DNA from: an uncultured Candidatus Binatia bacterium
Lineage (GTDB): Bacteria; Desulfobacterota; Binatia; UBA9968; JAJDTQ01
Assembly (NCBI GenBank): GCA_965242525.1
Contig: OZ251459.1
Span: forward strand, 448,001-512,000
Reading direction: 5' to 3'
Length of the DNA stretch: 64,000 nucleotides
Shown: one piece after another, positions 18,750-28,316 of the stretch
How the letters are laid out: every line of letters starts with the position of its first letter
Numbering within the stretch: position 1 is the first letter of the stretch
Program-made: the position numbers and the translations under genes
The notes under the pieces: model-generated
The model's input: only the letters and a program-made list of their open reading frames with translations
Databases searched by the model: none
Told to the model about the DNA's origin: nothing

Positions 18750-18886
18750 CGTCCACCTCTATCCGATAAAGGCAAACCTCGGTATTGTCAAGCGCTGCCG
18801 GACTCTTGGGGGCGTCCTGTCCGTCCCGGCTTGCCCTTGGGACCCTCCGCGGTCGCTTCCCGGTCCCCCGCGGTCCCCGCAGGCCG

Positions 18887-18916
18887 TTGACAACGTGGAG
18901 CCGGGTTGGGTAATGT
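18887..18916 (+). promoter_or_regulatory. Putative sigma70 promoter of the selenoprotein operon
   Basis: TTGACA-N18-TAATGT, ending 37 nt upstream of ATG 18954. Confidence 0.5.
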
Positions 18917-18953
18917 CTCGCAGGTGAGGGCGCATGCAAGATCGGGGGGAACC

Positions 18954-19550
18954 ATGGCAAAGCTGTTGATGCTCGATCCGAGGGCCGACGTCCTGCTGGA
19001 GAACCATCCGCCCGTCCCGGGGCTGGACGGTCTGGCGGGCAAGGTGGTGGGCATACTCGACAACGGCCAGGCCAACTCCAGTCCCATGTTCCGGGAGTTG
19101 GCCCAGCTCATCGAGGAACGGTCCGGGGCCGCGGAGGTCGTCCTCAGGAAGAAGCCCAGCCACATGCAGGGGGCGCCGGGGGAGATGATCGAGGAGATGC
19201 TCGGCCGGTGCGACGCGGTGGTCACCGGCCTCGGCGCCTGAGGCTCGTGCACGTCGTGGAGTGTCCACGACGCCATCGAGATCCAGAAGCGGGGCAAGCC
19301 TACGGTGACCCTGTGCCAGTCCATCTTCATGGCGCTGGGCAGGAAGGAGGCTGTGTTCTTCGGCATGCCGCAACTGCCGCTGGTGGAGATCCCCCACCAC
19401 CCCAGCGGCGGCGCCCGGCCCGGTGAGCACCGGCAGGACGCCGAGATCGCCATCGGGCCGGTGCGGGAGACCCTGACGGACGCCGGCGCCGGAGGGCGGG
19501 GAGGCGCGGGCGCCGACGCCCCGGGGAACGCCGCCCGGCCCGCGGGATAG
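18954..19550 (+). CDS. UGSC-family selenoprotein (Sec at TGA 19239-19241)
   Basis: ORF-track entries 18906..19241 and 19305..19550 share a frame. Read-through gives VVTGLGA-U-GSCTSWSVHDAIEIQKRGKPTV, a UxxC motif. Confidence 0.88.
19252..19272 (+). promoter_or_regulatory. SECIS-like hairpin
   Basis: Perfect stem CGTCGTGGA / TCCACGACG with a GTG loop, starting 10 nt after the in-frame TGA. Confidence 0.75.
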
Positions 19551-19602
19551 CGCTCCGCACGGGAGTTTCCGGCGCTACGGCCCATCCGCCGACATCGTAC
19601 GC

Positions 19603-20712
19603 ATGGCCGCCCACACGTCACAGGCGAAGCCGGGTCCCCAAGCCGCCCTCGTCTCCGAGGTCGTCGAGGTGGACGACTCCCTGGAGGCGGCCAACGACTG
19701 GTTCCTCGACCGGAAGCTCAGCGACGGGTTGCCCATCGTGCCCCCCACCCGGGAGCGGGTGGAGCGCATGCTCACGGGCACGCACCGGGACCCCCAGGAG
19801 GTCATCGGACAGGTGCCTCCCAAGTGGGCGCCGGCCACGGTGGAGAAGGTCGCGGTCAACAGCGTGATGGCGGGTTGCCTGCCCGAATACCTGCCGGTGG
19901 TCCTCGCCGCGGTGGAAGGCGTCATGGAGCCCCGCTTCAACCTCTACGGCGTCCAGGCCACCACCGGATACGCGGGTCCGGCGCTGCTGGTGAACGGCCC
20001 GGTCCGAAACGAACTGGGCATCAACTGCGACTCCGGCGTGTTCGGCCCCGGTTACCGCGCCAACGCCACCATCGGCCGCGCCATCCGCCTGATCCTCATC
20101 ACCGTGGGCGGCGGCTACCCCGGCGACACCGACCGCGCCACCTTCGGCTGGCCCGGCAAATACACGTTCTGCTTCGGCGAGAACGAGGAGCAGAGCCCCT
20201 GGGAGCCCTACCACGTGAGCCGCGGCTACCGGCCCGACCAGGGCGCCGTGACCGTGTGCGGCGTCAACGGCTTCATCCCCATGCACACCGCGGGGAGCTC
20301 GGGGCAGGAGGCGCTGTCGTCCCTGGCCGAGGTCATCGCCATGCACCGGGGGGGCAGCCACCTGGACGTGGGCAGCTTCGGCGGCGGCACCCCGCTGGTG
20401 GCCCTGGGCATCGAGGACGCCGGCATCATGGCCGGTGACGGCATCTCCCGGGCCGACGTCCGGGAATACCTCTGGGAGCACGCGACCATCCCCTTCGCCA
20501 GCATCCCGGACCGCCGGAAGGGGACCAAGAGCGACGAGGAGCTGCTGCGGGAGTCGCCCAACGTCACCGACGACGGCGTCGTGCACTTGGCCACCCGGCC
20601 CGACGACATCATGGTGGCGGTGCTGGGCGGGAAGCACCGCCACTCCGTCCTCCTGCCCATGTGGACGGGGCGGAACACCCTGGCGGTCACCAAGCCGGTA
20701 CGGACCGCCTGA
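19603..20712 (+). CDS. Conserved UGSC-associated protein of unknown function
   Basis: SDGLPIVPPTRERVERML, ATVEKVAVNSVMAGC.PEY, RANATIGRA, PGKY..CFGENEE, a family I recall next to or fused with UGSC domains. Confidence 0.75.
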   Translation: MAAHTSQAKPGPQAALVSEVVEVDDSLEAANDWFLDRKLSDGLPIVPPTRERVERMLTGTHRDPQEVIGQVPPKWAPATVEKVAVNSVMAGCLPEYLPVVLAAVEGVMEPRFNLYGVQATTGYAGPALLVNGPVRNELGINCDSGVFGPGYRANATIGRAIRLILITVGGGYPGDTDRATFGWPGKYTFCFGENEEQSPWEPYHVSRGYRPDQGAVTVCGVNGFIPMHTAGSSGQEALSSLAEVIAMHRGGSHLDVGSFGGGTPLVALGIEDAGIMAGDGISRADVREYLWEHATIPFASIPDRRKGTKSDEELLRESPNVTDDGVVHLATRPDDIMVAVLGGKHRHSVLLPMWTGRNTLAVTKPVRTA

Positions 20713-20941
20713 AGCCGCGCCCGCAACGGCTTGCCGGAAACGGAGGAACCATCGTGACCGATCTCGAAGCCGCGGCCATCCACTTCCGGCGCGTTGCGCC
20801 GGCCGCGTCTTCGGCTCCGGGCCGGCGCCGGACAGGGAGCCGTGCGGTGGAGCGTCGGCGCCTCCCGGGCCGGCCGGTGATCCGCCGAACGGGCGGTCGT
20901 CCCTAGAAACGACGTCGCGTACTCGCGGCCAAGGAGTGCAA

Positions 20942-22156
20942 ATGGATTTCCACCTGCAAGAAGATTCCCCGGAGATGGGCGAGTTCCGCAAGGAGGTCCG
21001 GGCCTGGATGGACGAGAACATGAAGGGCTCGGAGCACCTGCGGTGGTCGGCCTCGTGGTCCACGCGTGAGGACGACGAGGAGTACCGGTTCCGCCGCGGG
21101 CTGGGAGAGAAGCTGGGGCGCAAGGGCTGGCTCTTCCCCATGTTCCCGGAGGAGTACGGCGGCGCGGGGCTGACGGTCGATCACCAGTTCGTGCTCGAGA
21201 CCGAGCTTTCCCGCTACGGCCTGAACCTCACCCACGTCTTCTACACGCTGGCGCGGATCGTGGCCCCGGTGCTGCTCCACTGGGGCACGGACGAGCAGAA
21301 GCGGGAGTTCCTGCCGCCCATTGCCCGGGGCGAGGTCGTGGTGTGGCAGGTGCTGACCGAGCCCCAGAGCGGCAGCGACGTGGCCAACTGCCAGACCCGG
21401 GCCGTCCGGGACGGCGACGACTACGTGGTCACCGGCCAGAAGGTCATGGTGGGCCACCACCTGCCGCCGGACGTGCTGTGGACCCTGGTGTGCACCGACC
21501 CCGGCGGCAAGCGGCACGAGAACCTGGGCTGGCTGCACATCCCCGCGGACCTGCCGGGCATCACCATCCAGCACATGCACCTGATGATGGGCATCAAGAA
21601 CGCGGTCTTCTTCGACGGCGTGCGCGTGCCCGCCAAGTACCTGGTGGGCGGCGAGAACAACGGCTGGAAGGTGGCCCACACCCACCTGGAGCTGGAGCAC
21701 GGCGGCGACGGACGGGTGGGCACGGACCCGGTGGTGGACCGGGTGGTGGAGTACTGCCGGAACCACGAGGTGGACGGCAAGCCGCTGCTGGCGGACCCCC
21801 ACGTCCGGGACGTCATCGCGGACATGGTCATGGAGATCAACACGGTCAACCGCATGGCCCGGCGCATCTTCTGGCACCGCTTCGTCAAGGAGCCGCACGC
21901 GTACGGCGGCGCCCAGTTCCGTTACTACCAGCGCATGGTGCGGCTGCGGAACGGCGAGCGGTTGCAGAAGATCATGGGCGCGGACGCCCTGATCCCCGAC
22001 CACGGGGTGCACGAGGTGGTGGACTTCGAGTACGTGATCCGGAGCGGCCCTGGCCAGCTCCACGGCGGCGGCACCCTGGACACGGACCGGCTCATCTTCG
22101 CCCGCCGGGCCGGCATCGGCCGGGAGACCACGGAGAAGGCGCCGGACACGGTCTAG
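20942..22156 (+). CDS. Acyl-CoA dehydrogenase family (FadE26/29-like subunit)
   Basis: FRKEVRAW, PEEYGGAG, LTEPQSGSD, GGENNGWKV, GGTLD. Confidence 0.88.
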   Translation: MDFHLQEDSPEMGEFRKEVRAWMDENMKGSEHLRWSASWSTREDDEEYRFRRGLGEKLGRKGWLFPMFPEEYGGAGLTVDHQFVLETELSRYGLNLTHVFYTLARIVAPVLLHWGTDEQKREFLPPIARGEVVVWQVLTEPQSGSDVANCQTRAVRDGDDYVVTGQKVMVGHHLPPDVLWTLVCTDPGGKRHENLGWLHIPADLPGITIQHMHLMMGIKNAVFFDGVRVPAKYLVGGENNGWKVAHTHLELEHGGDGRVGTDPVVDRVVEYCRNHEVDGKPLLADPHVRDVIADMVMEINTVNRMARRIFWHRFVKEPHAYGGAQFRYYQRMVRLRNGERLQKIMGADALIPDHGVHEVVDFEYVIRSGPGQLHGGGTLDTDRLIFARRAGIGRETTEKAPDTV

Positions 22157-22259
22157 GGCGGCGGCGCTTCCACGGGCGCAGGCGGGACCCCCGCCCGCGC
22201 GGGAAGCCGGGCCCCTGATCGAACCCCGGCCGAAGACCGAAAGCCCACGCGAGGGAACC

Positions 22260-23375
22260 ATGGACCTACGACTCAGCGAAGACCAGGAGATGTTCAGGAA
22301 GGTGGCCGCGGACTTCGTCCAGGCCGAGGCGCCGTCCACCCTGCTGACGCAGCAGTTCCTCAAGAAGGAGACCTTCCTGCCGGACCTGTACGCCAAGATC
22401 GCCGGGCTGGGCTGGCTCGGCATGCTCGTCCCCGAGCCGTACGGCGGCGCCGGGTTGTCCCGGCTCGACTGCGGCGTGGTGTTCGAGGAGCTGGGGCGGG
22501 GGCCGGTGCCCGGGCCGGTCTTCTCGTCCGGCGTGCTGGCGGCCCAGATCATCCACGACGGCGGGTCGGAAGAGCAGCGGAAGGCGCTCCTGCCGGCCAT
22601 TTGCAGCGGCGAGGCCATCGTGGTCCCGGCCCTGGGCGACCACGGGGTCCACTGGGGGCCGGAGACCGTCGCCGCCCGCCTGACCCGGACGGGCGGCAAG
22701 CTGGCGCTTCGGGGGAGCAAGCGCCACGTCCATGACGCCGAGGGCGCCACCGCCTTCCTGTGCGCGGCCCGGGACGACGACGGCAAGGTGGTCCTGGCGC
22801 TGGTGGACCGGGAGGCCCCGGGCGTGACCGTGACGCCGCACGCGGGCTTCCTGGTGTCGGTGAGCGAGGTCTCCTTCGACGGCGTGGAGGCCGCGGCCCT
22901 CGTGGGCGAGGCGGGCGCGGGCTGGGACGTGGTGGACGGAGCGGCGCACAAGGCCATCCCGGTCCTGTGCGCCTACAAGGTGGGCGCGTGCCAGGAGATC
23001 TTCGACTTCACGGTCCAATACACCCGGGAGCGCAGGGCCTTCGGCCAGCTCATCGGCCGGTTCCAGCGGGTGCAGGACCACTGCGTGGACCTGTCCATCC
23101 ACATGGACGCGGCCCGGATGGCCACCTACGAGGCCTTGTGGAAACTCGACGAGGGGCTGCCGGCCGAGGCCGCGGTCCACGAGGCCAAGGCCGCGGCCAG
23201 CGAAGGCTACCACCAGGCGTGCAGCTACTCGCACATGGTGCACGCGGGTCCCGGCACGGACTACCTGCATCCGCTGATGGTCCACAGCGTGCTCGCCCAC
23301 ACCCTGTACCAGTACCTGGGCACGCCGGACTACCACAAGCGCCGGATGGTGGACGCGCTGTATCCGCCGGAGTAG
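22260..23375 (+). CDS. Acyl-CoA dehydrogenase family (shorter partner subunit)
   Basis: MDLRLSEDQ, PEPYGGAG, EELGR, YTRERRAFGQLIGRFQ. Confidence 0.88.
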   Translation: MDLRLSEDQEMFRKVAADFVQAEAPSTLLTQQFLKKETFLPDLYAKIAGLGWLGMLVPEPYGGAGLSRLDCGVVFEELGRGPVPGPVFSSGVLAAQIIHDGGSEEQRKALLPAICSGEAIVVPALGDHGVHWGPETVAARLTRTGGKLALRGSKRHVHDAEGATAFLCAARDDDGKVVLALVDREAPGVTVTPHAGFLVSVSEVSFDGVEAAALVGEAGAGWDVVDGAAHKAIPVLCAYKVGACQEIFDFTVQYTRERRAFGQLIGRFQRVQDHCVDLSIHMDAARMATYEALWKLDEGLPAEAAVHEAKAAASEGYHQACSYSHMVHAGPGTDYLHPLMVHSVLAHTLYQYLGTPDYHKRRMVDALYPPE

Positions 23376-23486
23376 GGAGGTCCCGTCCCGAGCCCTGGCC
23401 GAAGCCAGGCGCGCTGCGGGTCCGGGGGCAAGGAGCAGGAGACTATCGGTTCGATCCGTGGGGAGACACGGAGAAAGGAATCCGCC

Positions 23487-24542
23487 ATGAGATACGCCCG
23501 CTGCGCCATCGCCGTCTGGTTCGTCCTGTTGCTCGCCGGACCGGTGGGCGCCCAGGACATGGAGAAACGCTTCGAGGGCAAGACCGTCAACCTCGTGGTG
23601 GGCACCAGCGCGGGCGGCGGCTACGACATCATCAGCCGCCTGTTCGCCAAATACGCCCCCAGGCACCTTCCGGGCAATCCCCGGTTCATCGTGCGCAACG
23701 TTCCCGGCGGCGCCGGCCTCAAGGGAACCCAGTACATGAACCGCAGCAAGCCCGACGGCCTTACGGTGGGTCCCCATTTCACCAGCCTCGTCATGAAGGA
23801 GCTGGCGGGCGTGGACGTGCCGGGCTTCGACGTGAAGGAGCTCATCGTCCTGGGGGCGCCCACCCTGGTGGACGACAACTACCTGATCTGCGTGGACCGC
23901 AAGGTGGCCGGGTCCTGGGAAGAGATGCTGGAGATGGGCCGGCCGCTGCGCATGGCGTCCCAGCGGCCCGGCATCGGCCGGGTGCCCATGGGCGGCGAGT
24001 TCGTGCAGCTCGTGGGCGGCCCCATCAAGCTCATCTACGGCTACAAGTCCACCGGCGAGGAGCTGGCGGCTTTCGCCCGGGGCGAGACCGAGGTGGTGAC
24101 GTGCCTCGAGCGCCGCTTGCCGCGCATGTACCCGGAGCTGGTCGAGGACAAGCGGCTCGTGCCCATCTACTGGTGGAACGCGCCCGCCAGCGACGAGTGG
24201 CTCGCCCGGCTGGGAGGCGGGAAGCCCTCCCACGTCTTCGACCTGCCGGGCTTGAAGCTGACCGATTCGCAGAAGGTGGCGTTCCAGACCGCGGTGAACA
24301 TCCACCAGCACCTGAGGGCGTTCATGCTGCCGCCCAAGACTCCCAAACCCATCGTGGACGTGTGGCGCAAGGCGTTCAAGGCCACCATCGAGGACCCGGG
24401 GTTCGTCAAGGCCGCCAGGGTGGCCAACTACGACGTGGGGTACGGCTCTCCGGAGCAGTACGAGAAGCAGCTCGCGACCATCCAGGACCTGCCCCCGGAC
24501 GGCGCGCTGTTCTTCCAGAAGCTCATGGGCGAGAAACGCTAG
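23487..24542 (+). CDS. tctC: Tripartite tricarboxylate transporter substrate-binding protein (Bug/TctC)
   Basis: Signal peptide, SAGGGYD, NVPGGAG, KPDGLT, LPPKTP. Confidence 0.85.
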   Translation: MRYARCAIAVWFVLLLAGPVGAQDMEKRFEGKTVNLVVGTSAGGGYDIISRLFAKYAPRHLPGNPRFIVRNVPGGAGLKGTQYMNRSKPDGLTVGPHFTSLVMKELAGVDVPGFDVKELIVLGAPTLVDDNYLICVDRKVAGSWEEMLEMGRPLRMASQRPGIGRVPMGGEFVQLVGGPIKLIYGYKSTGEELAAFARGETEVVTCLERRLPRMYPELVEDKRLVPIYWWNAPASDEWLARLGGGKPSHVFDLPGLKLTDSQKVAFQTAVNIHQHLRAFMLPPKTPKPIVDVWRKAFKATIEDPGFVKAARVANYDVGYGSPEQYEKQLATIQDLPPDGALFFQKLMGEKR

Positions 24543-24571
24543 CCCCGCGCTAGCCATCCGCGGGGGGCTTC

Positions 24572-26686
24572 ATGCTCGAAGCTTCCGTCGAGGCGCTGTT
24601 CCACCTGTTCTCGCCGGGGCCGCTGCTGGCGATGCTCCTGGTGCTGCCGGTGGCGCTGTTCTCCGGGCTCATGCCCGGAGGCGGCCTGCCGGTGTCCGTG
24701 GTGGTGCTGAGCCTTGCGGTCCACCTGGACCCGTGGGTCGCCATCACCATCGTGGTGTTCCACATGGCGGCCAGCGACATCACCGAGCCCATCCCCGCCA
24801 TACTCTTCGGGGTCCCCGGCTCGCGCTCGTCCCAGGCCACCGTGCTCGACGGCTATCCCATGGCGCAGCAGGGGCTGGCGGGGGTCGCCCTGGGAGCCAG
24901 TTACACCACCACCATCGTGGGCGGCGTCGTGGGCGCCGCGGCGCTGCTCCTGTCGCTGCCGGTGAGCCGGCAGATCCTGGAATGGTTCGGGTCCGCGGAG
25001 TTCTTCCTGCTGACGCTCATGGGGGTGCTGGCGGTGGCGGTGGTCAGCGCCGGCGCCTTCGTCAAGGGCATACTCACCGCGGCCTTCGGCATCGCCATCG
25101 CCATGGTGGGCTACGCGGACCTGGGCGGCAACGTGCGCGCGGCCATGGGGTTCGACTTCTACCTGTGGGACGGGTTCGGGCTCGTGCCCGTGGTGGTGGG
25201 CCTGTTCGCCCTGCCCGAGGCCATCGCCCTGGTGGTGGGCGACACCACCATCGCCCGGGAGCGTCTGGACACCCTCTTGCGGGAAGCCAAGTCGGACGTG
25301 TGGCGGGGCATGCGGGAGGCTTGGCGCCACAAGTGGCTGATGGTCCGTTCCTCCCTCATCGGCGTGTTCGTGGGCATCATGCCGGGGGTGGGCGGCAGCG
25401 CGGCCCACTGGATCGCCTACGCCCAGGCGCGCCAGACCGAGAAGGGCGCCGTCGAGACCTTCGGCAAGGGCGACGTGCGCGGCGTCATCGCTTCCGACGC
25501 CGCCAACAACTCGGTGGACGGCGGCGTGCTCATCCCCACCGTGGTCTTCGGCATACCCGGAAGCGGCGGCATGGCCATCGTGCTCGCCATCCTCGTGCTC
25601 ACCGGAATCTCGCCCGGCCCCGGCATGCTCACCCGGCATCTGGACCTCACTGTGAGCATGGTTTACACCATCGCCTTCGCCAACCTCATCGTGGTGCCCA
25701 TCATGCTGGCCTTCGCGCCCACCCTGTGCCGCATCGCGGTGATCCCGCCCAACGTGCTGGCGCCGGTGGTGGTGGGCATCGTCTCCCTGGCTGCGCTGGC
25801 CGCGAGCTCGTCCCTGGGGGACCTGGCCGCGGTGCTCGCCTTCGGCCTGCTGGGCGTCTTCATGAAGCGGTACGGTTGGCCCAGGCCTCCCATCCTCATC
25901 GCCGTGGCGCTGGCGGACATCCTGGAGCGGTTCCTCTGGATCTCGGTGAGCAACTACGGCTTCGGCATGCTGCTGCGGCCCCAGTTCCTGGCCATACTCG
26001 GTTTCATGGTCCTGGTGACCCTGTTCAGCCTGCGGGCGCAACGCGGCGCCAGGCGCGCCATGAGGTCCATGACCGAAGGCGAGGGAGACGAGGCGGAGGC
26101 GGACCGGGTCCCTGCGGGCCGGGACCACCCCGCCGGGCCGCCCGCAAACGGTGAAGCCAGTGAAGCGGACGGGTGCGAGGCCGGGAAGCGCCGTCTCTCC
26201 CTCGAAGTCGCCGGGGAGGCGTTCCTCCTGCTCGTGGTGGGGGCGTTCTTCGCCTACATGTTCGTGGATTCCTTCCGTTGGCCGGAAGGCGCCACGCTCA
26301 TGCCGAGGATCGCGGTGCTCGTGGGGACGCCGTTCTGGCTCATCCGGGTGGCGACGCTCTTGCGGGGCCGCGGGGAGAAGCGCGCGGAGGAAGGCGACAT
26401 CATGGACACGGGTTTCATCCTGGGCGACGACCCCCGGACCGAAGGCCGGAGGTTCGCGCGCATCTTCGGGTTCACCGCGCTGCTCTACGCCGGCATCTGG
26501 GTCTTCGGAGTGCACGTGGCCCTTCCGTGCATGCTCTTCCTCTACCTGCTGTACTACGGCCGGGCCGGATGGCTCGGGTCCGCGGGCGTGAGCCTCGCGT
26601 TCCTGTTGCTGATCGTGGGCTTCTACGACTGGGGGCTCCACATCGTGTGGCCGGAGTCCCTGCTGGACCTGTGGCCCTCGGGGTAG
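24572..26686 (+). CDS. tctA: TctA permease with fused C-terminal TctB-like domain
   Basis: GVPG..SQATVLDGYPMA, AANNS, GIPGS. After a hydrophilic linker there are about four more TM segments ending HIVWPESLL, like the free TctB at 36905. Confidence 0.85.
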   Translation: MLEASVEALFHLFSPGPLLAMLLVLPVALFSGLMPGGGLPVSVVVLSLAVHLDPWVAITIVVFHMAASDITEPIPAILFGVPGSRSSQATVLDGYPMAQQGLAGVALGASYTTTIVGGVVGAAALLLSLPVSRQILEWFGSAEFFLLTLMGVLAVAVVSAGAFVKGILTAAFGIAIAMVGYADLGGNVRAAMGFDFYLWDGFGLVPVVVGLFALPEAIALVVGDTTIARERLDTLLREAKSDVWRGMREAWRHKWLMVRSSLIGVFVGIMPGVGGSAAHWIAYAQARQTEKGAVETFGKGDVRGVIASDAANNSVDGGVLIPTVVFGIPGSGGMAIVLAILVLTGISPGPGMLTRHLDLTVSMVYTIAFANLIVVPIMLAFAPTLCRIAVIPPNVLAPVVVGIVSLAALAASSSLGDLAAVLAFGLLGVFMKRYGWPRPPILIAVALADILERFLWISVSNYGFGMLLRPQFLAILGFMVLVTLFSLRAQRGARRAMRSMTEGEGDEAEADRVPAGRDHPAGPPANGEASEADGCEAGKRRLSLEVAGEAFLLLVVGAFFAYMFVDSFRWPEGATLMPRIAVLVGTPFWLIRVATLLRGRGEKRAEEGDIMDTGFILGDDPRTEGRRFARIFGFTALLYAGIWVFGVHVALPCMLFLYLLYYGRAGWLGSAGVSLAFLLLIVGFYDWGLHIVWPESLLDLWPSG

Positions 26687-26749
26687 GCGGCTGGCCCGCG
26701 GTCGGGTCGGGCTTGCTCGTCAACGTGTCCGGATGCAACCGGCGCATCG

Positions 26750-27064
26750 TCAGATCGCCTGCAAGCGCTCGAGCGTATCCGGGTGCCTGGCGACGAGCAG
26801 GATCAGGGCCTTTGCCTGGTCGTTCGGCTTCACGCGGCCTTGTTCCCAGTTCTCCAATGTACGGGGCGACACGCGGAGTTGGCGTGCGAAGACACCGCGG
26901 GAGACGTCGAGCCTGTTCCGGATCTCCCGGATCTGCTCACCCGAGAGATCCGGCAGCGGTTTCGGCGTCACCCGATGAGTACGAAGCATCTTCCTGCCCT
27001 TCTCGAACGCCTGGATCTCCCGGAGCCCGGCGAGTACCTCGCGGAACACGTCACGCCTGGTCAT
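26750..27064 (-). CDS. XRE-family HTH protein (HigA-like antitoxin)
   Basis: IREIRNRLDVSRGVFARQLRVSPRTLENWEQGRVKP; GGAGGA RBS upstream of ATG 27064. Confidence 0.85.
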   Translation of the reverse strand: MTRRDVFREVLAGLREIQAFEKGRKMLRTHRVTPKPLPDLSGEQIREIRNRLDVSRGVFARQLRVSPRTLENWEQGRVKPNDQAKALILLVARHPDTLERLQAI

Positions 27065-27155
27065 TTTCGATGTCCTCCACGACCCGCTTCCACGCTTTAT
27101 AGGTAGTACGCGTAGATCTCTCAAGGAGGAGCAGCCTTCAGCCTTGGCAACCCCT

Positions 27156-28169
27156 TCAGCCCGCCGCGGGGCCGAGCTTGAGCAGCCGCCGGGCGTTGCC
27201 TTCCAGGATCGCGAGCTTCCGCTCGTCGGAGCAGGAGAGGGCCTCCACCTTGTCCACCGCCTTCCAGTCCCCCAGCGGGTAGGGGTAGTCGGTGCCCACC
27301 ATCAGGTGCTCCCATCCCAGCACGCCCTGGAGGTACTCCAGGGTGTCCACCCGATACACCAGGGTGTCGGAATAGAGGTTCTTCAGGTAGGCGCTGGGCC
27401 TTTCCCGGGCCTCGGCGTCGGCCGCGCCCGGACGCACCCCGTAGCCCTGGTCGAAACGCCCCAGGTGGTAGGGGAAGAAGCCGCCCCCGTGCAGCACGCA
27501 CACGCGCAGGTCCGGAAACCGGTCGAACACGCCGCTGTAGGTCATGAACCCCAGCGAGAGCGCGGTGTCCGCGGGGTTGCCGCAGATGAGGAACAGGCCG
27601 TAGGGGGCCATGCGCTCCAGGCCGGCGATGTCCTCGGGGTGCATGACGATGAGCGCGTCGAGCTCCTGGGCCTTGCCCCAGAAGGCGTCGTACTCGCGGC
27701 TGCGGAAGTACTCGCCGTTCACGTTGGTGCCGATGTAGGCCCCGGCCAGCCCGGAGTCCACCATGCCCCGCTCCAGCACGCGGGCGGCGCGTCCGGGGTC
27801 CTGCAGCGGCACCGCGGCCAAGGCGGTGAAGCGGTCCGGGCGCCGGTCCCTCAGCTCCATCAGGCCCTGGTTGTACAGGTTGCACCAGGCTTCCCCCCGT
27901 TCCGGGTCCAGGCGGTAGCCCAGGCACGCGGTGTGGGGCTCCAGGGTCGCTAGGGCGATGCGGCCCTCGTCCATGTTCTCGATCCTCTTCCGGACGTCCA
28001 TGAGGGGAGGCGGCACCACGAAGCTCGGCCCGCGGCCGATGGTGAGGGTGGCGAGGCCTTCCGGGGTCGCGCCCACCTCGGCGCCTACGGCCTTGCCGTG
28101 GGCCTTGAGCTCCTCGACCAGGCCCGGCGGCAGGTAGTGGTGGTGGACGTCGATGGCGCAGGTGTGCAT
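27156..28169 (-). CDS. Amidohydrolase family (ACMSD-like decarboxylase)
   Basis: IDVHHH, VPLQDP, MHP, HGGG, GTDYPY. Confidence 0.88.
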   Translation of the reverse strand: MHTCAIDVHHHYLPPGLVEELKAHGKAVGAEVGATPEGLATLTIGRGPSFVVPPPLMDVRKRIENMDEGRIALATLEPHTACLGYRLDPERGEAWCNLYNQGLMELRDRRPDRFTALAAVPLQDPGRAARVLERGMVDSGLAGAYIGTNVNGEYFRSREYDAFWGKAQELDALIVMHPEDIAGLERMAPYGLFLICGNPADTALSLGFMTYSGVFDRFPDLRVCVLHGGGFFPYHLGRFDQGYGVRPGAADAEARERPSAYLKNLYSDTLVYRVDTLEYLQGVLGWEHLMVGTDYPYPLGDWKAVDKVEALSCSDERKLAILEGNARRLLKLGPAAG

Positions 28170-28316
28170 GGCTCCGTTCTCCCGGTTGCGGGTTCGAGAT
28201 TGGAAGCGCCCCGGAACGAACCGTCCTCCGCGCTTCGCCCGCGGTCGAATTGTTCCATCATTGGAGCAGGTATGCTAGTCTCCTCCCACCATCACGCAAC
28301 CGGAGGTAACGTCGTC

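Larger units (their letters stand above)
11203..18780. other. Lower-GC genomic island (putative defence island); boundaries approximate
   Basis: Abrupt shift to roughly balanced base composition and A/T-ending codons right after stop 11202, returning to high GC near 18.8 kb. No integrase or att repeats seen. Confidence 0.85.

Noticed and set aside
11203-18780. Prophage, ICE or Tn7-like element, or a standard BREX/DISARM/Dpd/Type I RM locus
   Set aside because: No integrase, transposase, structural genes, tRNA or terminal repeats were seen, and the signature genes of those systems were not recognised.
18906-19550. Two separate small genes, or a nonsense pseudogene
   Set aside because: Same frame, UxxC context and a SECIS-like hairpin favour one selenoprotein.
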